A stretch of 64,000 nt of DNA from Acidobacteriota bacterium (GCA_034667225.1 JAXDKG010000051.1:106657-170656), one strand, 5' to 3'. Positions 9,783 through 21,091 are shown, counted from the first letter of the stretch. Made by a program: numbers and translations. Notes: a model not told the origin generated them from the letters alone.

Positions 9783-11612
9783 ATGAAACCGTCGAGGATC
9801 GTCTTCCATCTGCTCTTCGCGCTCGCTCTGGTGGCGGCGTTCGGCTGCCAGTCCGACTCGCCCACCGAGCCGTCGAACGTGCCGCCGGCAGCGCCGATAC
9901 CGCCGGTGCCGGTCACGACCTACGCCATCACCGTGACCCCGAGCCCCGGGCAGCTCACGGCCGGGGCCAGTACGGGCAGCACCATCACGGTCGACGTGCG
10001 CCGCACCGACACCGGGCAGCCTCCCCCTGACCTGACGCCGGTGACGGTCACGACGAACATCGGCAGCTTCGGCGCCTTCGGCAGCGGCACGAAGGAAGTC
10101 GCGCTCCAGCTGGTCAACGGCAGGGCGCAGACCGTGCTCTTCCCCGATGACCAGGTGGGGACCGCCACGATCCGGGCGGTCGTGGGCCCCAGCGCCGGCG
10201 CGGCCAACGTCGCGATCGGCCAGGCCGGGACCTTCTTCATCTCGGCGGTGACCCCCTCGATCGGCACTCCCCAGGGCGGCGAGGAGGTCTCGATCCTGGG
10301 CGGCGGCTTCGACGGTCCCGTGCGGGTGACATTCAACGGCGCCGCGGCGCAGGTGCTCTCGGTCTCGCCGACCCGCATCCGGGTGCGGGTGCCGCCGGCC
10401 GCCGCCGCGGGAGTCACCGTCCCCGTCGGCCAGTCGGTGCCGGTGACGGTCTCGGTGACGATCAACTACAACGAGGCGACGGGCGTGGCCACGGACCAGC
10501 TGCCCGCCGGCTTCACCTACTCGCTCGGCGGCACGATCCAGCAGCCAGCGATCCTGTCGGTGACGCCCAACGCCGGCACCAACGACGGCGGCACCCGCAT
10601 CACGATCGTGGGCGAGGGCTTCCAGGCGCCGGTGCAGGTCCTCTTCGGGACCGGCGGCACGAGCAGCTTCGACGGCATCGAGGCCACGGTTCTGGAGACG
10701 TCGTCCAACCGGCTCGTCGTCGTCTCCCCGACCGCGTCGGGATTCGGCCAGAACAACGTCAACCAGCTCGTGGACATCCTGGTGAGGAACCTGAACAGCG
10801 GCTTCGCCACGGTGACGACCGACGCCTTCAAGTACGGCAACAAGGTCATCATCACCGCCATGGGTCCGGGCTCCGGCCCGTACACCGGCGGCACGCGCGT
10901 GACCCTCTTCGGCCAGGGCTTCGACGATCCGGTCGCGGTCTCCCTGGGCGGCATCGGACAGACGCCGATCTCGGTGACCGGCACCGAGATCGTCTTCATC
11001 ACCAGCGGGGTGGCGCTCGCGAACTGCCCGGCCAACGGCATCGTTTCGGTCAGCGGCGTCGGAGTGACCAACATCGACACCGGCGACAGCGGCACCGCCA
11101 CCATCGGCTTCAACTATGTCGTGCCGCTGCCTCTGCTCTTCGGGGTCAGCCCGCAGAGCGGCATCATCGGCTCGAACGTCACCCTGTCGGGCCAGAGCTT
11201 CAGCACCAACATCCAGGTGCTGTTCGGCGACCCGACCAACGGCTCCGCGGCCTCGATCGTCAGCAAGTCGTCCACGGCGATCACGGTCAGGGTGCCGACG
11301 CCGCCGCAGGGCTTCGTCTTCGCCACCGAGCCGTGCGACGGCAACGGCGACGGCATCGCCGGCGGCGAGCGCAACATCCCGACCCCCATCTCGGTGACCG
11401 TGCGCAACCTGGACGGCACCGGCTGCCTGGTGACGCTCAGCAACGCCTTCACCATCAGCCCGCAGAACTCGACCTGCACCGGCGACACGTCGACGCCGCC
11501 GCCGCCGCCGACGGTGCAGTGCACCGACGGCTTCGACAACGACGGTGACACGTTCATCGACGGGGCGGACCCGCAGTGCACCGGTCCTACGGACGACAGC
11601 GAGGCGTCGTAG
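9783..11612 (+). CDS. lipoprotein with four IPT/TIG-like Ig-fold repeats and an Asp-rich C-terminal Ca-binding-like motif
   Basis: 609 aa; signal/lipobox (VAAFGCQSD); repeated blocks of the form 'xxVTPxxGxxxGGxxVxIxGxGFxxPVxVxFG'; C-terminus DGFDNDGDTFIDGAD. Confidence 0.7.
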   Translation: MKPSRIVFHLLFALALVAAFGCQSDSPTEPSNVPPAAPIPPVPVTTYAITVTPSPGQLTAGASTGSTITVDVRRTDTGQPPPDLTPVTVTTNIGSFGAFGSGTKEVALQLVNGRAQTVLFPDDQVGTATIRAVVGPSAGAANVAIGQAGTFFISAVTPSIGTPQGGEEVSILGGGFDGPVRVTFNGAAAQVLSVSPTRIRVRVPPAAAAGVTVPVGQSVPVTVSVTINYNEATGVATDQLPAGFTYSLGGTIQQPAILSVTPNAGTNDGGTRITIVGEGFQAPVQVLFGTGGTSSFDGIEATVLETSSNRLVVVSPTASGFGQNNVNQLVDILVRNLNSGFATVTTDAFKYGNKVIITAMGPGSGPYTGGTRVTLFGQGFDDPVAVSLGGIGQTPISVTGTEIVFITSGVALANCPANGIVSVSGVGVTNIDTGDSGTATIGFNYVVPLPLLFGVSPQSGIIGSNVTLSGQSFSTNIQVLFGDPTNGSAASIVSKSSTAITVRVPTPPQGFVFATEPCDGNGDGIAGGERNIPTPISVTVRNLDGTGCLVTLSNAFTISPQNSTCTGDTSTPPPPPTVQCTDGFDNDGDTFIDGADPQCTGPTDDSEAS

Positions 11613-11642
11613 TCCTTTCCTGAGCATCCTGGGGCGGCTGCC

Positions 11643-11672
11643 TGTACGGCAGCCGCCTTTTTCATCTCTCGA
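11643..11672 (+). terminator. rho-independent terminator after the IPT/TIG lipoprotein gene
   Basis: perfect 10-bp stem GGCGGCTGCC/GGCAGCCGCC with loop TGTAC, followed by TTTTT. Confidence 0.7.
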
Positions 11673-11885
11673 GTGCTTTACGCGACAAGAAGCCGCGCTT
11701 CCGGCTCGCACCTCGGCCTCCAGATCGACCCGCGGAGCGCCACCGCCGCGCTCCGCCGCTGGGGCGTCCGCGGGCGGCTCGACGTGGTCCGCAAGGGGAC
11801 TTCCCACCGCGAGGGGCTGTTCACGAAGCCGAAGTAGGCTGGCTGCCTGGACGGGCAGCCGTCCCGATTCGTATACTCCATTGCT

Positions 11886-12860
11886 ATGAAACAAGCAGTC
11901 GCCCTCCTCTCCCTTCTCTGTCTCCTCGCGCCGGCCCTGGGCTGCGATAAAGCCTCGCCGGTCGCGCCGGCCGGTTCGATCCTGAGCATCAGCACCAACC
12001 CGTCCAGGATCGGCCTGAATGGCAGCTCCACCATCACCGTGATCGGCCGCAAGCCGGACGGCAACCCGCTCAACCCGGGGACGGAGATCCGGCTGTCCAG
12101 CGACCTGGGTACGCTCTCCCCTTCCATCGTGGAGGTGGACAGCGGCGGACGGGCGACGGCGACTCTCCGTGGCGACGGACGTTCGGGAGCCGCCAAGGTG
12201 ACGGCCGCGACGGCTGACGCCACGGTAGAAACCACGATTCAGATCGGCGAGACGGATACGTCGAAGCCGACGGTCCTGTTGTCGGTGAACCCGAGCACGG
12301 TCCCGGTGGAGGGCACCGCCACCGTGACGGTGATCGCGCGCAACTCGGACGGCTCCCCGGTCGCAGCAGGCCAGACCGTGATTCTGACCTCCTCCCTGGG
12401 GACGCTCTCGCCGAGCCGGCCGACCACCCGCGCCGACGGCACCGCCACCGCGACCCTCAATGCCGGCAGCCAGTCCGGGACCGCCACGATCACCGCCATT
12501 GTCGGCGCGAGCGCGGCGGCGACCACCACCGTGACGATCCGCGAGGCCGCGACGGACATCAGCGTCCAGGCCAACCCCGGATCCCTGCCCAGGGCCGGCG
12601 GCGAGGTCACGCTCACGGCGTTCGTGACGAACTCCCAGGGGCAGCCGCTGCAGGGCGCGCCGGTCACGTTCGAGGCCACCCGCGGGACCCTGGAGTTCAC
12701 CGGCGTCGTCTTCACCGACACCTCGGGCGTGGCCACGAACACGCTCACGCTGGATCAGCAGGACCTGCCGGCCGGCGTCAACGAAGTCACCGTGGAGGTG
12801 AGCACCCCGTCCGGCGACGGCACGCTGCTCTTCGACGAGACCACGATCGACATCCAGTGA
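11886..12860 (+). CDS. lipoprotein with tandem bacterial Ig-like (Big_1/invasin-type) domains
   Basis: 324 aa; signal/lipobox (APALGCDK); three ~90-aa repeats sharing 'GTLSPS…T…G.ATATL.G….G.A.VTA'. Confidence 0.65.
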   Translation: MKQAVALLSLLCLLAPALGCDKASPVAPAGSILSISTNPSRIGLNGSSTITVIGRKPDGNPLNPGTEIRLSSDLGTLSPSIVEVDSGGRATATLRGDGRSGAAKVTAATADATVETTIQIGETDTSKPTVLLSVNPSTVPVEGTATVTVIARNSDGSPVAAGQTVILTSSLGTLSPSRPTTRADGTATATLNAGSQSGTATITAIVGASAAATTTVTIREAATDISVQANPGSLPRAGGEVTLTAFVTNSQGQPLQGAPVTFEATRGTLEFTGVVFTDTSGVATNTLTLDQQDLPAGVNEVTVEVSTPSGDGTLLFDETTIDIQ

Positions 12861-12875
12861 TCTCTCTTCAGGAAA

Positions 12876-12907
12876 GCCCCCTGCGGTCAAAGGTTTGGCC
12901 GCAGGGG
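12876..12907 (+). terminator. strong hairpin after the Big-domain gene, no U-tract
   Basis: 10-bp perfect stem CCCCCTGCGG/CCGCAGGGGG; immediately followed by a second small hairpin whose loop is TATAAT (12916-12921). Confidence 0.35.
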
Positions 12908-12978
12908 GCCCGCTGCTATAATGCAGCCGCTTTGACCAACGATCCCAAAACCTACCGCTTCGCCCCGGGTGCGAACGC

Positions 12979-14250
12979 ATGACGGACGGTTCGATGCCCG
13001 ACCGGCTCGCCCAGCTCAAGGCGCGCTGGGAGTCCGATCCGAGCTCCCGCATCTTCCTCCAGCTCGCGGAGGAGTACCGCCACCAGGGCCGTATGCAGGA
13101 GGCGCTCGCCGTGCTCGACCGGGGGCTTCAGGAGCACCCGGGCTACCTCTCGGCCCTCGTGGCCAAGGGGCGCTGCCATCTCGAGCTGGGCGAGGCCGAC
13201 GCCTCGCGCTCGGTGCTCGAGCGGGTGGTCAAGCAGGACCCCACCCAGATGGTCGCCAACAAGCTGCTGGTGCGCGCCTACCTGGAAACGGGCGACCCCG
13301 CCCGTGCCCGCGAGCGCCTCGATCTCTACAGCCTGCTCAACGACGGCGATTCCGAGATCGGCGACCTCCGCCGGCAGATCAAGCTGATGGACCGTCCCAA
13401 GGAACGGGAAAAGGTTCCCGAGAACGACATCTTCGACCTCGGCGATGTCCGCCGGCAGTCGGCCGGGGACGTCTTCTCTCTGGAGGCTCCGGCCTCCGAA
13501 CCGGCCTACGAAATGGAAGAGCCTGTCGAAGACTCCGACGGCGACCTCTTCCCTGGCCTCGTCTCCCGCTCCTCCCGCGAGCGCTACCTGACGAGCCTGG
13601 GCTCCGAGGGCATCTTCGAGGTGGGCCTGACGCCGATGGCGCCCTCGGAGGTCCCCCTCACGGCCGCGGCTCCGGGGCCCATCCTGATGGCGCCGATCGC
13701 GATGCCCGAGGAGCCGCCGCTCCCGGCCGAGTCCGATCTCGCGGTGACGCGTTTCGAGGAGCCGGGGATTTCCCAGCCTGAGCCACACGTCGAGGACGCC
13801 TCGTGGCTGGAGGAGATCCCCGTCGTGCCGGCGGCCGCGATGCCCGAAGCGCCTGTTTTCGAGGATCTGGCGCCCATTCCGGCTCCCGCCCCTCCCCCGG
13901 AGGAGACAGCCGAGGATCTCTGGGCCGACGAGCCGGTCCAGCCGGCACAGCCGGTCGCGACCGCCACGCTCGGCGAGATCTACCTCCGCCAGGGGCACGC
14001 CGACGAGGCGGAGCGGATCTTCCGCGAGGTCCTGGAACGGGAGCCGGGCAACGGAGCGGCCCTCGCCGGCCTCGAACAGATCGAGGAGACGCGCCGCGTG
14101 CCCCAAAGCGTGGCGCTGGATGCGGGCCGTCTGCTCGCGGGCTTCCGGCCGGGCGGGGGCGGCACGACCGCGCGCAAGATCTTCCTGCTGAACCGTTATC
14201 TCGACCGCATCCGGGGGAGCCGCCTCCGGGGGGACCATAATGTTCCGTGA
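12979..14250 (+). CDS. TPR-repeat protein with a central Pro/Glu-rich low-complexity linker
   Basis: 423 aa; N-terminal TPRs (EEYRHQGRMQEALAVLDRGL…), ~180-aa acidic Pro-rich linker, C-terminal TPR (LGEIYLRQGHADEAERIFREVLEREPGN). Confidence 0.65.
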   Translation: MTDGSMPDRLAQLKARWESDPSSRIFLQLAEEYRHQGRMQEALAVLDRGLQEHPGYLSALVAKGRCHLELGEADASRSVLERVVKQDPTQMVANKLLVRAYLETGDPARARERLDLYSLLNDGDSEIGDLRRQIKLMDRPKEREKVPENDIFDLGDVRRQSAGDVFSLEAPASEPAYEMEEPVEDSDGDLFPGLVSRSSRERYLTSLGSEGIFEVGLTPMAPSEVPLTAAAPGPILMAPIAMPEEPPLPAESDLAVTRFEEPGISQPEPHVEDASWLEEIPVVPAAAMPEAPVFEDLAPIPAPAPPPEETAEDLWADEPVQPAQPVATATLGEIYLRQGHADEAERIFREVLEREPGNGAALAGLEQIEETRRVPQSVALDAGRLLAGFRPGGGGTTARKIFLLNRYLDRIRGSRLRGDHNVP

Positions 14251-14596
14251 GCTACTGAGCCAGATCAGCGGCCGCATCGACGGCGCGCTCGCCCTCTCGC
14301 TCGTGGCCCATGACGGCATGCCGGTCGAGTCTGTGACCTTCGACCGGGAGATCGACCTGGAGGCGCTCGGCGCCGAGATGGTCTCCCAGGCGCGGGCCAT
14401 TTCGGCCAACCACCGCGAGCTGGAAGTCGGGGACGTCCAGCAGCTCTCCGTGACTACCGATCGGGTGACCCTGATGGTCAGCTCCGTCACCCCGGATTAT
14501 TATCTGCTCCTCGTCCTGGGCCCGGAGGGAAACTACGGCCGCGCCCGGTTCGAGCTCCGGCGAGCGCGTCTGCTCCTGGAGGACGAGCTTTCCTGA
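14240..14596 (+). CDS. Roadblock/LC7 domain protein (MglB-like)
   Basis: 118 aa; [17 protein letters not shown]…[34 protein letters not shown] is the typical roadblock/LC7 pattern; overlaps the TPR gene end by 11 nt. Confidence 0.65.
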   Translation: MFRELLSQISGRIDGALALSLVAHDGMPVESVTFDREIDLEALGAEMVSQARAISANHRELEVGDVQQLSVTTDRVTLMVSSVTPDYYLLLVLGPEGNYGRARFELRRARLLLEDELS

Positions 14597-14609
14597 GGGG
14601 GGCTGGGTC

Positions 14610-15086
14610 TTGCTGACGTTTGAACAGATCAAGGAGCTCATCGAGCTGGTCGCGCAGCGCCGGCTACAGGGGCTGGAGATCGAGCGCTCGGGCTTCCGCC
14701 TGAAGATCGAGGGCCAGCCGCAGGCTCAGCCGGCCGTCCAGGCCGCTCCGGCCGCCGAGGCTTCCTTCGCCTCGTCCCCGGCGTCCGCGCCTGCCGTTCC
14801 CGTTTCAGCTGCGGTGCCGGAAGCCCCTGCTTCCGCCGACGCCGGAGCGCACATCGTCACCTCGCCCATCGTCGGCACCTTCTACCGTGCCGCCTCTCCG
14901 GATTCCGATCCGTTTGTCGAGGTCGGCTCCCGGGTCAAGAAGGGACAGGTCCTCTGCATCATCGAAGCGATGAAGCTGATGAACGAGATCGAGTCGGACG
15001 CGGACGGCGTGGTCGTGCAGATCTATCCGCAGAATGCCCAGGCCGTCGAGTATGGCGAGCCGCTCTTCGCCATCCGGGCCGACTAG
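14610..15086 (+). CDS. accB: acetyl-CoA carboxylase biotin carboxyl carrier protein
   Basis: 158 aa, TTG start; Ala/Pro linker; biotinyl-lysine motif [10 protein letters not shown]. Confidence 0.85.
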   Translation: MLTFEQIKELIELVAQRRLQGLEIERSGFRLKIEGQPQAQPAVQAAPAAEASFASSPASAPAVPVSAAVPEAPASADAGAHIVTSPIVGTFYRAASPDSDPFVEVGSRVKKGQVLCIIEAMKLMNEIESDADGVVVQIYPQNAQAVEYGEPLFAIRAD

Positions 15087-15093
15087 AGCCTCG

Positions 15094-16433
<1,340 letters not shown>

Positions 16434-16437
<4 letters not shown>

Positions 16438-17078
16438 GAGCCCCCGCCGGGCCTTCAGGTAGAATCTACGCGATCGCCGACGTCGAGGCCCTGCACCCGA
16501 CTCCGCTCCCCGCGGCCGTCCGCGCCATGGCGGAGGCCGGCATCCAGTGGATTCAGGTGCGGGCGAAGCAGCTCTCCGGCGGCGAGCTCTGCCGGCAGAT
16601 GGAGGCCTGCTGCCGCGCCCTGGAAGGGAGCGGCGTCCGGCTCTGGGTGGACGACCGGGCGGATGTCGCAGCCCTCTTCCCCCCGCCGGAGGTGGCCGGC
16701 CTGCATGTAGGGCAGACGGACCTGCCCCCCGCGGCTGCCCGGCGGGTGGTGGGCGATGAAATGTGGATCGGTCTTTCTACACATGATGAGGAGCAGCTCC
16801 TCGCCGCGGACGCCGATCCCGACGTGGACGTGATCGCGGTCGGGCCGGTCTTCCCCACGACGGGCAAGGCGAGCCCCGACCCGGTGGTGGGATTGAGTTT
16901 CCTGCGCCGGGCGCGAGAGCTGACCGCCAAGCCGCTGGTGGCGATCGGCGGGATCGATGCAGGCAATGTGGCCCAGGTTCTCGCCTCCGGGGCTGATACC
17001 GCGGCCGTGATCGGGGCGGTCTGCCGCGGAGATGTCGGGGCGAACTGCCGGCGGCTGATGGCGTGCGCGTCTATCTGA
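16434..17078 (+). CDS. thiE: thiamine-phosphate synthase
   Basis: 214 aa; TIM-barrel ThiE pattern (IYAIADVE…IQVRAK…VGLSTHD…IAIGGI); ATGA overlap with the accC stop. Confidence 0.75.
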
Positions 17079-17566
17079 CCGGTTTCATGGGGTCGGGCAA
17101 GACCGCGGTTGGCCGGATCCTGGCGGAGCGGCTCGGGGTGCCATTCATGGACCTCGACTCGGAGGTCGAGCAGCGGGCGGGAATGACGGTGCGGGAGATT
17201 TTCGAGCTCCACGGCGAGCCGGCGTTCCGCGGCCTGGAGCAGGAGGCGCTGCGGGGGACCGGAGAGCTGCCGGACGTGGTGGTGGCGACCGGGGGCGGCA
17301 CGGTGACGTTCGAGGCGAACGCCCGCTGGATCCGGGCGAACGGCGTTTCGGTCTGGCTGAACCCGCCGTTCGCCACGATCGTCTCCCGGATCGGGTCGCT
17401 GGGGAAACAGGACCGGCCGCTCTTCCGGGACGAGACCCAGGCCCTGGCCCTCTACCGCGAGCGGCTGCCCGCCTACCGGCAGGCGGACCTGACGGTGGAC
17501 GTGGCACCCGCCGAGCAGCCGGAGGAGATCGCGGCACGAATAGCGCTTTTCTTGAAGACATCATGA
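17063..17566 (+). CDS. aroK: shikimate kinase
   Basis: 167 aa; P-loop GFMGSGKTAVGRILAERLGVPFMDLD; overlaps the thiE end. Confidence 0.8.
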   Translation: MRVYLTGFMGSGKTAVGRILAERLGVPFMDLDSEVEQRAGMTVREIFELHGEPAFRGLEQEALRGTGELPDVVVATGGGTVTFEANARWIRANGVSVWLNPPFATIVSRIGSLGKQDRPLFRDETQALALYRERLPAYRQADLTVDVAPAEQPEEIAARIALFLKTS

Positions 17567-17579
17567 TTGGGGGAGGACG

Positions 17580-18323
17580 TTGCGTTACCTGATCCTGTCA
17601 GACATGCATGCCAACTGGGATGCCTTCGAGGTCGTCCTGCGGCGGGCCCGGCGCAAGCGTTTCGACGCAGTGCTGGTGCTCGGGGACCTGGTCGGCTACG
17701 GCGGCGCGCCGAACCAGGTGGTGGAGGCGGTGCGCGAGCTGGGTCCCCGGCTGCACACGGTCCGGGGCAACCACGACAAGGTCGTGACGGGGATCGACAG
17801 CGGCTCCAACTTCAACCAGACCGCGCTGATCGCCGCGCAGTGGACGACCACCCGCCTCACCCCTTCCAACCTGCGCTACGTCCGCGACCTGCCCCGGGGG
17901 CCGATCCGGATCGAGGAGGGCCTGGCGATCTGCCACGGCTCGCCGCTCGACGAGGACACCTACGTCTTTTCCGATGTGGACGCCTGGGAGATCTTTGCCT
18001 CGTTCGCGGTGCCGGTGACCTTCTTCGGCCACACGCACATCCCTTCGGTCTTTTCGCTGGAGGGGAGGGCGCTCGGAGTGAGGGCGCTGCGCGGCAACGC
18101 GGGCACGCTGCATCTGCACCCGGAAGGCCGCTACCTGGTCAACCCGGGCTCCATCGGCCAGCCGCGGGACCGCGACCCCCGGGCCTCGTACATGACCTAC
18201 GACAGCGAGCGCCGGATCGTGCGCTGGCACCGGATCGACTACCCGATCGCCGAGGCCCAGCGGCGCATCCGCAAGGCGGGGCTGCCGGGGTCGTTGGCCG
18301 ATCGGTTGGCGGTCGGGGCCTAG
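17580..18323 (+). CDS. metallophosphoesterase (calcineurin-like)
   Basis: LILSDMHANWDAF…VLGDLVGYG…GNHD…GHTH metal-binding motifs. Confidence 0.75.
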   Translation: MRYLILSDMHANWDAFEVVLRRARRKRFDAVLVLGDLVGYGGAPNQVVEAVRELGPRLHTVRGNHDKVVTGIDSGSNFNQTALIAAQWTTTRLTPSNLRYVRDLPRGPIRIEEGLAICHGSPLDEDTYVFSDVDAWEIFASFAVPVTFFGHTHIPSVFSLEGRALGVRALRGNAGTLHLHPEGRYLVNPGSIGQPRDRDPRASYMTYDSERRIVRWHRIDYPIAEAQRRIRKAGLPGSLADRLAVGA

Positions 18324-18326
18324 CCT

Positions 18327-20567
18327 TTACTCCGCCATCGAAGCCAGCACCGCCTCCCGCTTCCGCACCTGCCGGAGGCGGTTGAACGTGGCCACGGCGC
18401 CGCCGATCAGCACGAGGTAGAGGCCGTACCAGACGAGCTGGATCAGCGGCTTGCGGGTGACGTCGATCGACAGCTTCGCCGGGTTCGAGATCCCGGTCAC
18501 CTGGAACTGCACCGCGCCTTCCGACGCATTGATCCCCGAAACGAAGATCGCCCCGCCGCCGGGCAGGTTCATGGGCGGCGTGTCCACCGCTCCGTTCGCC
18601 GGGTTCAGCCGGTAGATCGGCTTGAGCGTGACCGGCCTGCCGTTGCGGGTGATCTCGACCTCCGTGCCGATCGTCACCATCCCGCCGGACGCCATCTGCG
18701 CCATGGCGTTGCCCTGCGCGTTCAGGTCGAAGCCCACGAAGCGGATGTCCATGCCGCCGATCTTGCCGCTCTCCCCCTTGGCGAGCTGCACCTGCGGCTG
18801 GCCGGGATCGAAATCGATGGGCGACACGTACAGGTCCTGGAACAGCGTGCTCCGGATGTCCGGGTTCGCCATGACCTGCCGGGTGCGGTCGTTCATGAAC
18901 AGCTTCGGGTAGACGAAGAACGGCTTGCGGCCGGGCTGCGTCACCAGGATCTCCATCTTCTCCTTCTCACGCCCGACGCGCGGGATGAACTTGGTGAAGG
19001 TGAGCGTCGTGTCGCCCAGCTTCTTGGGCGTGCCCATCTGCAGCGTGATCTTGGTGCTCTCGTCGTAGGCCGACGAAGCCAGGAAGCCCAGCAGGATCAC
19101 CCCGACACCCACGTGCGCGAGGTAGCCGCCGGCCGCCGCGACCCCCACGGACCGCGCGCGGGTCACGGTCTTGTGGATGTTCGTGGCCAGGGCCAGAGAC
19201 GCCAGGAACACGAACAGCAGATGGAAGGGGTCGCGCACCTGCCAGGCGCCCGCGGCCACCGTCATCGCCAGGGCGAAGAGCCCCGGCAGGATCAGCTTGC
19301 GCAGCAACGCCTTGGGATCGTCGCCGCGCCAGGTCAGGTACGGGACCACAGACAGCAGCAGCGCGATCAGCAGGGCGATCGGCAGGTTCACCTTGTTGTA
19401 CCAGGTCGGGCCGACCTGGGCCGGGTTCTCCAGGAACCAGCGGGTGATGAGCGGCGCGGACGTGCCGAAGGTGATGACCACGGCACAAACCAGCACCGTG
19501 ATCGTCGACAGCACCATGAACGTGCCGCGGGAAAGGAGCGGATCCTCGTTCGGCTTCGTCGGGACCTGGCGCAGCCGGGTGGCCAGCAGCCAGACCGCGA
19601 GGGCGAAGAAGGAGCCCATCAGCGCGATCAGCCAGCCCGAGATGCCGAGGTCCACGAAGCTGTGCACCGAGAAGTCGGCGAGCACGCCCGAGCGGGTCAG
19701 GAAGGTGCCGTAGAGCACCGACAGGTAGACCAGCGCGGCCAGCACGTAGTTGGCCCGTCGGTAGCGCCCCTTGGTGCGCTCCATGTGCAGGCCGTGGATC
19801 AGCACCGTGCCGAAGAGCCAGGGGATCAGCGAGGCGTTCTCCACCGGATCCCAGCCCCAGTAGCCGCCCCAGCCCAGGGTCTTGTAGGCCCAGTAGCCAC
19901 CCATCAGGATCGCGCAGCCCAGCACCAGGAAGCCGCCCAGCGCCCAGGGGAAGGCGCGCGCGGCCCAGTCGTCGTAGTCCCGGCGGAAGAGCGACGCCAT
20001 GGCGAAGGCGAATGGAATCGCGCTCGCGGCGTAGCCGATGAACATGATCGGAGGATGGATGACCATCCAGTTGTCCTGGAGGAGCGGGTTGAGCCCCTGG
20101 CCGTCCAGCGGGGTCTCCTTCAGCATGACGAAGGGGTTCTCCCGCACCAGGATGAAGAGCAGGCCGATCAGGGTCATGGTGTAGATGCCCATGATCGCCG
20201 GTTCGTTGCGGCCGGCGCTCTTGCGCACCAGCAAGCCGAGCAGCGTGCCCCAGAGCAGCCAGATGAGGAAGCTCCCCTTCTGGCCCGCCCAGAACGCGGC
20301 GAGCTGATAGTGGCCGGGGAGGTCCATGCCCGAGTACTGATGGACGTACTCGATGCGGAAGTCCCGCATCATCAGCAGCAGCCCCAGGATGAACGCGGAA
20401 AGCGTGATCGCCACGGCGAAGAAGTCGTAGGACCGCCGCGCGAAGCGTATCGCGCTACCGTCTCCCGCCCCGACCCAAATGTAGCCCACGATGGACATGA
20501 CGGAGAAGAACAGCGCGGTCCAGAGAGCGACGGCGCCGGGAAGGTAATATTGCGACAGCATTTCCAT
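18327..20567 (-). CDS. ccmF: cytochrome c-type biogenesis protein CcmF (haem lyase)
   Basis: 746 aa polytopic membrane protein with CcmF/NrfE-like sequence; last gene of the ccm operon. Confidence 0.85.
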   Translation of the reverse strand: MEMLSQYYLPGAVALWTALFFSVMSIVGYIWVGAGDGSAIRFARRSYDFFAVAITLSAFILGLLLMMRDFRIEYVHQYSGMDLPGHYQLAAFWAGQKGSFLIWLLWGTLLGLLVRKSAGRNEPAIMGIYTMTLIGLLFILVRENPFVMLKETPLDGQGLNPLLQDNWMVIHPPIMFIGYAASAIPFAFAMASLFRRDYDDWAARAFPWALGGFLVLGCAILMGGYWAYKTLGWGGYWGWDPVENASLIPWLFGTVLIHGLHMERTKGRYRRANYVLAALVYLSVLYGTFLTRSGVLADFSVHSFVDLGISGWLIALMGSFFALAVWLLATRLRQVPTKPNEDPLLSRGTFMVLSTITVLVCAVVITFGTSAPLITRWFLENPAQVGPTWYNKVNLPIALLIALLLSVVPYLTWRGDDPKALLRKLILPGLFALAMTVAAGAWQVRDPFHLLFVFLASLALATNIHKTVTRARSVGVAAAGGYLAHVGVGVILLGFLASSAYDESTKITLQMGTPKKLGDTTLTFTKFIPRVGREKEKMEILVTQPGRKPFFVYPKLFMNDRTRQVMANPDIRSTLFQDLYVSPIDFDPGQPQVQLAKGESGKIGGMDIRFVGFDLNAQGNAMAQMASGGMVTIGTEVEITRNGRPVTLKPIYRLNPANGAVDTPPMNLPGGGAIFVSGINASEGAVQFQVTGISNPAKLSIDVTRKPLIQLVWYGLYLVLIGGAVATFNRLRQVRKREAVLASMAE

Positions 20568-20966
20568 CTAGCTGTACTCCTTGACCTCTGCGCCCTGGTA
20601 TTTGCTCGGGCACTTCACCAGCAGCTTGTTTGCCTCGAACTCCTTGTCGCCCTCGTCGAAGTGGCCGATGGCCACGATGCTGATGGCGTCCTCGAAGTTG
20701 GCCGGCTTGAGGCCCTTGTAGCGCACCCGGATGGTGTCCTTGCTCTCGGGCTCCTTGATCGTGAAGTAGAGGAAGTCCTCGGTATCGACGTACTTCGAGC
20801 TCCCCTTCTCCAGAGCCCCCATCACCTGGACGACCCGGTCGGCCGCGCGCGCCTCCTGGTAGGAGACATACGGCGTCATGGTCTCCTTGAAGGCGGAGAG
20901 CGAGAACCCCGCGAAGGCCAGAAGGAGCACGGCGCCGAGCAGGTAGTAGCGGTGGGTCTTTTTCAT
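20568..20966 (-). CDS. ccmE: cytochrome c-type biogenesis haem chaperone CcmE
   Basis: 132 aa, N-terminal TM anchor, CcmE signature near the C-terminus (…LLVKCPSKY…). Confidence 0.85.
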   Translation of the reverse strand: MKKTHRYYLLGAVLLLAFAGFSLSAFKETMTPYVSYQEARAADRVVQVMGALEKGSSKYVDTEDFLYFTIKEPESKDTIRVRYKGLKPANFEDAISIVAIGHFDEGDKEFEANKLLVKCPSKYQGAEVKEYS

Positions 20967-21091
20967 GGCTCTTTCTCCGTACTTTCCTCAATCACCCGCA
21001 CCCGCCGGCTCAGGCGGAGCAGCCAGAGGAAGATTCCCGTCCAGATGATCAGGTTGACGAGGACGACGACATTGTCTCCGCTAAGTTCCAT
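20963..21091 (-). CDS. ccmD: haem exporter protein CcmD (42 codons; below the ORF-track length cut-off)
   Basis: read by hand: MELSGDNVVVLVNLIIWTGIFLWLLRLSRRVRVIEESTEKEP*; single TM; stop TGA overlaps ccmE ATG (ATGA); its ATG lies inside the last codons of ccmC; position matches ccmC-ccmD-ccmE synteny. Confidence 0.55.
   Translation of the reverse strand: MELSGDNVVVLVNLIIWTGIFLWLLRLSRRVRVIEESTEKEP

Noticed and set aside
12909-12930. TATAAT hexamer as the promoter for the TPR gene
   Set aside because: It lies inside a hairpin loop (GCTGC-TATAAT-GCAGC) and has only a weak -35 (TTTGGC); noted but not called.
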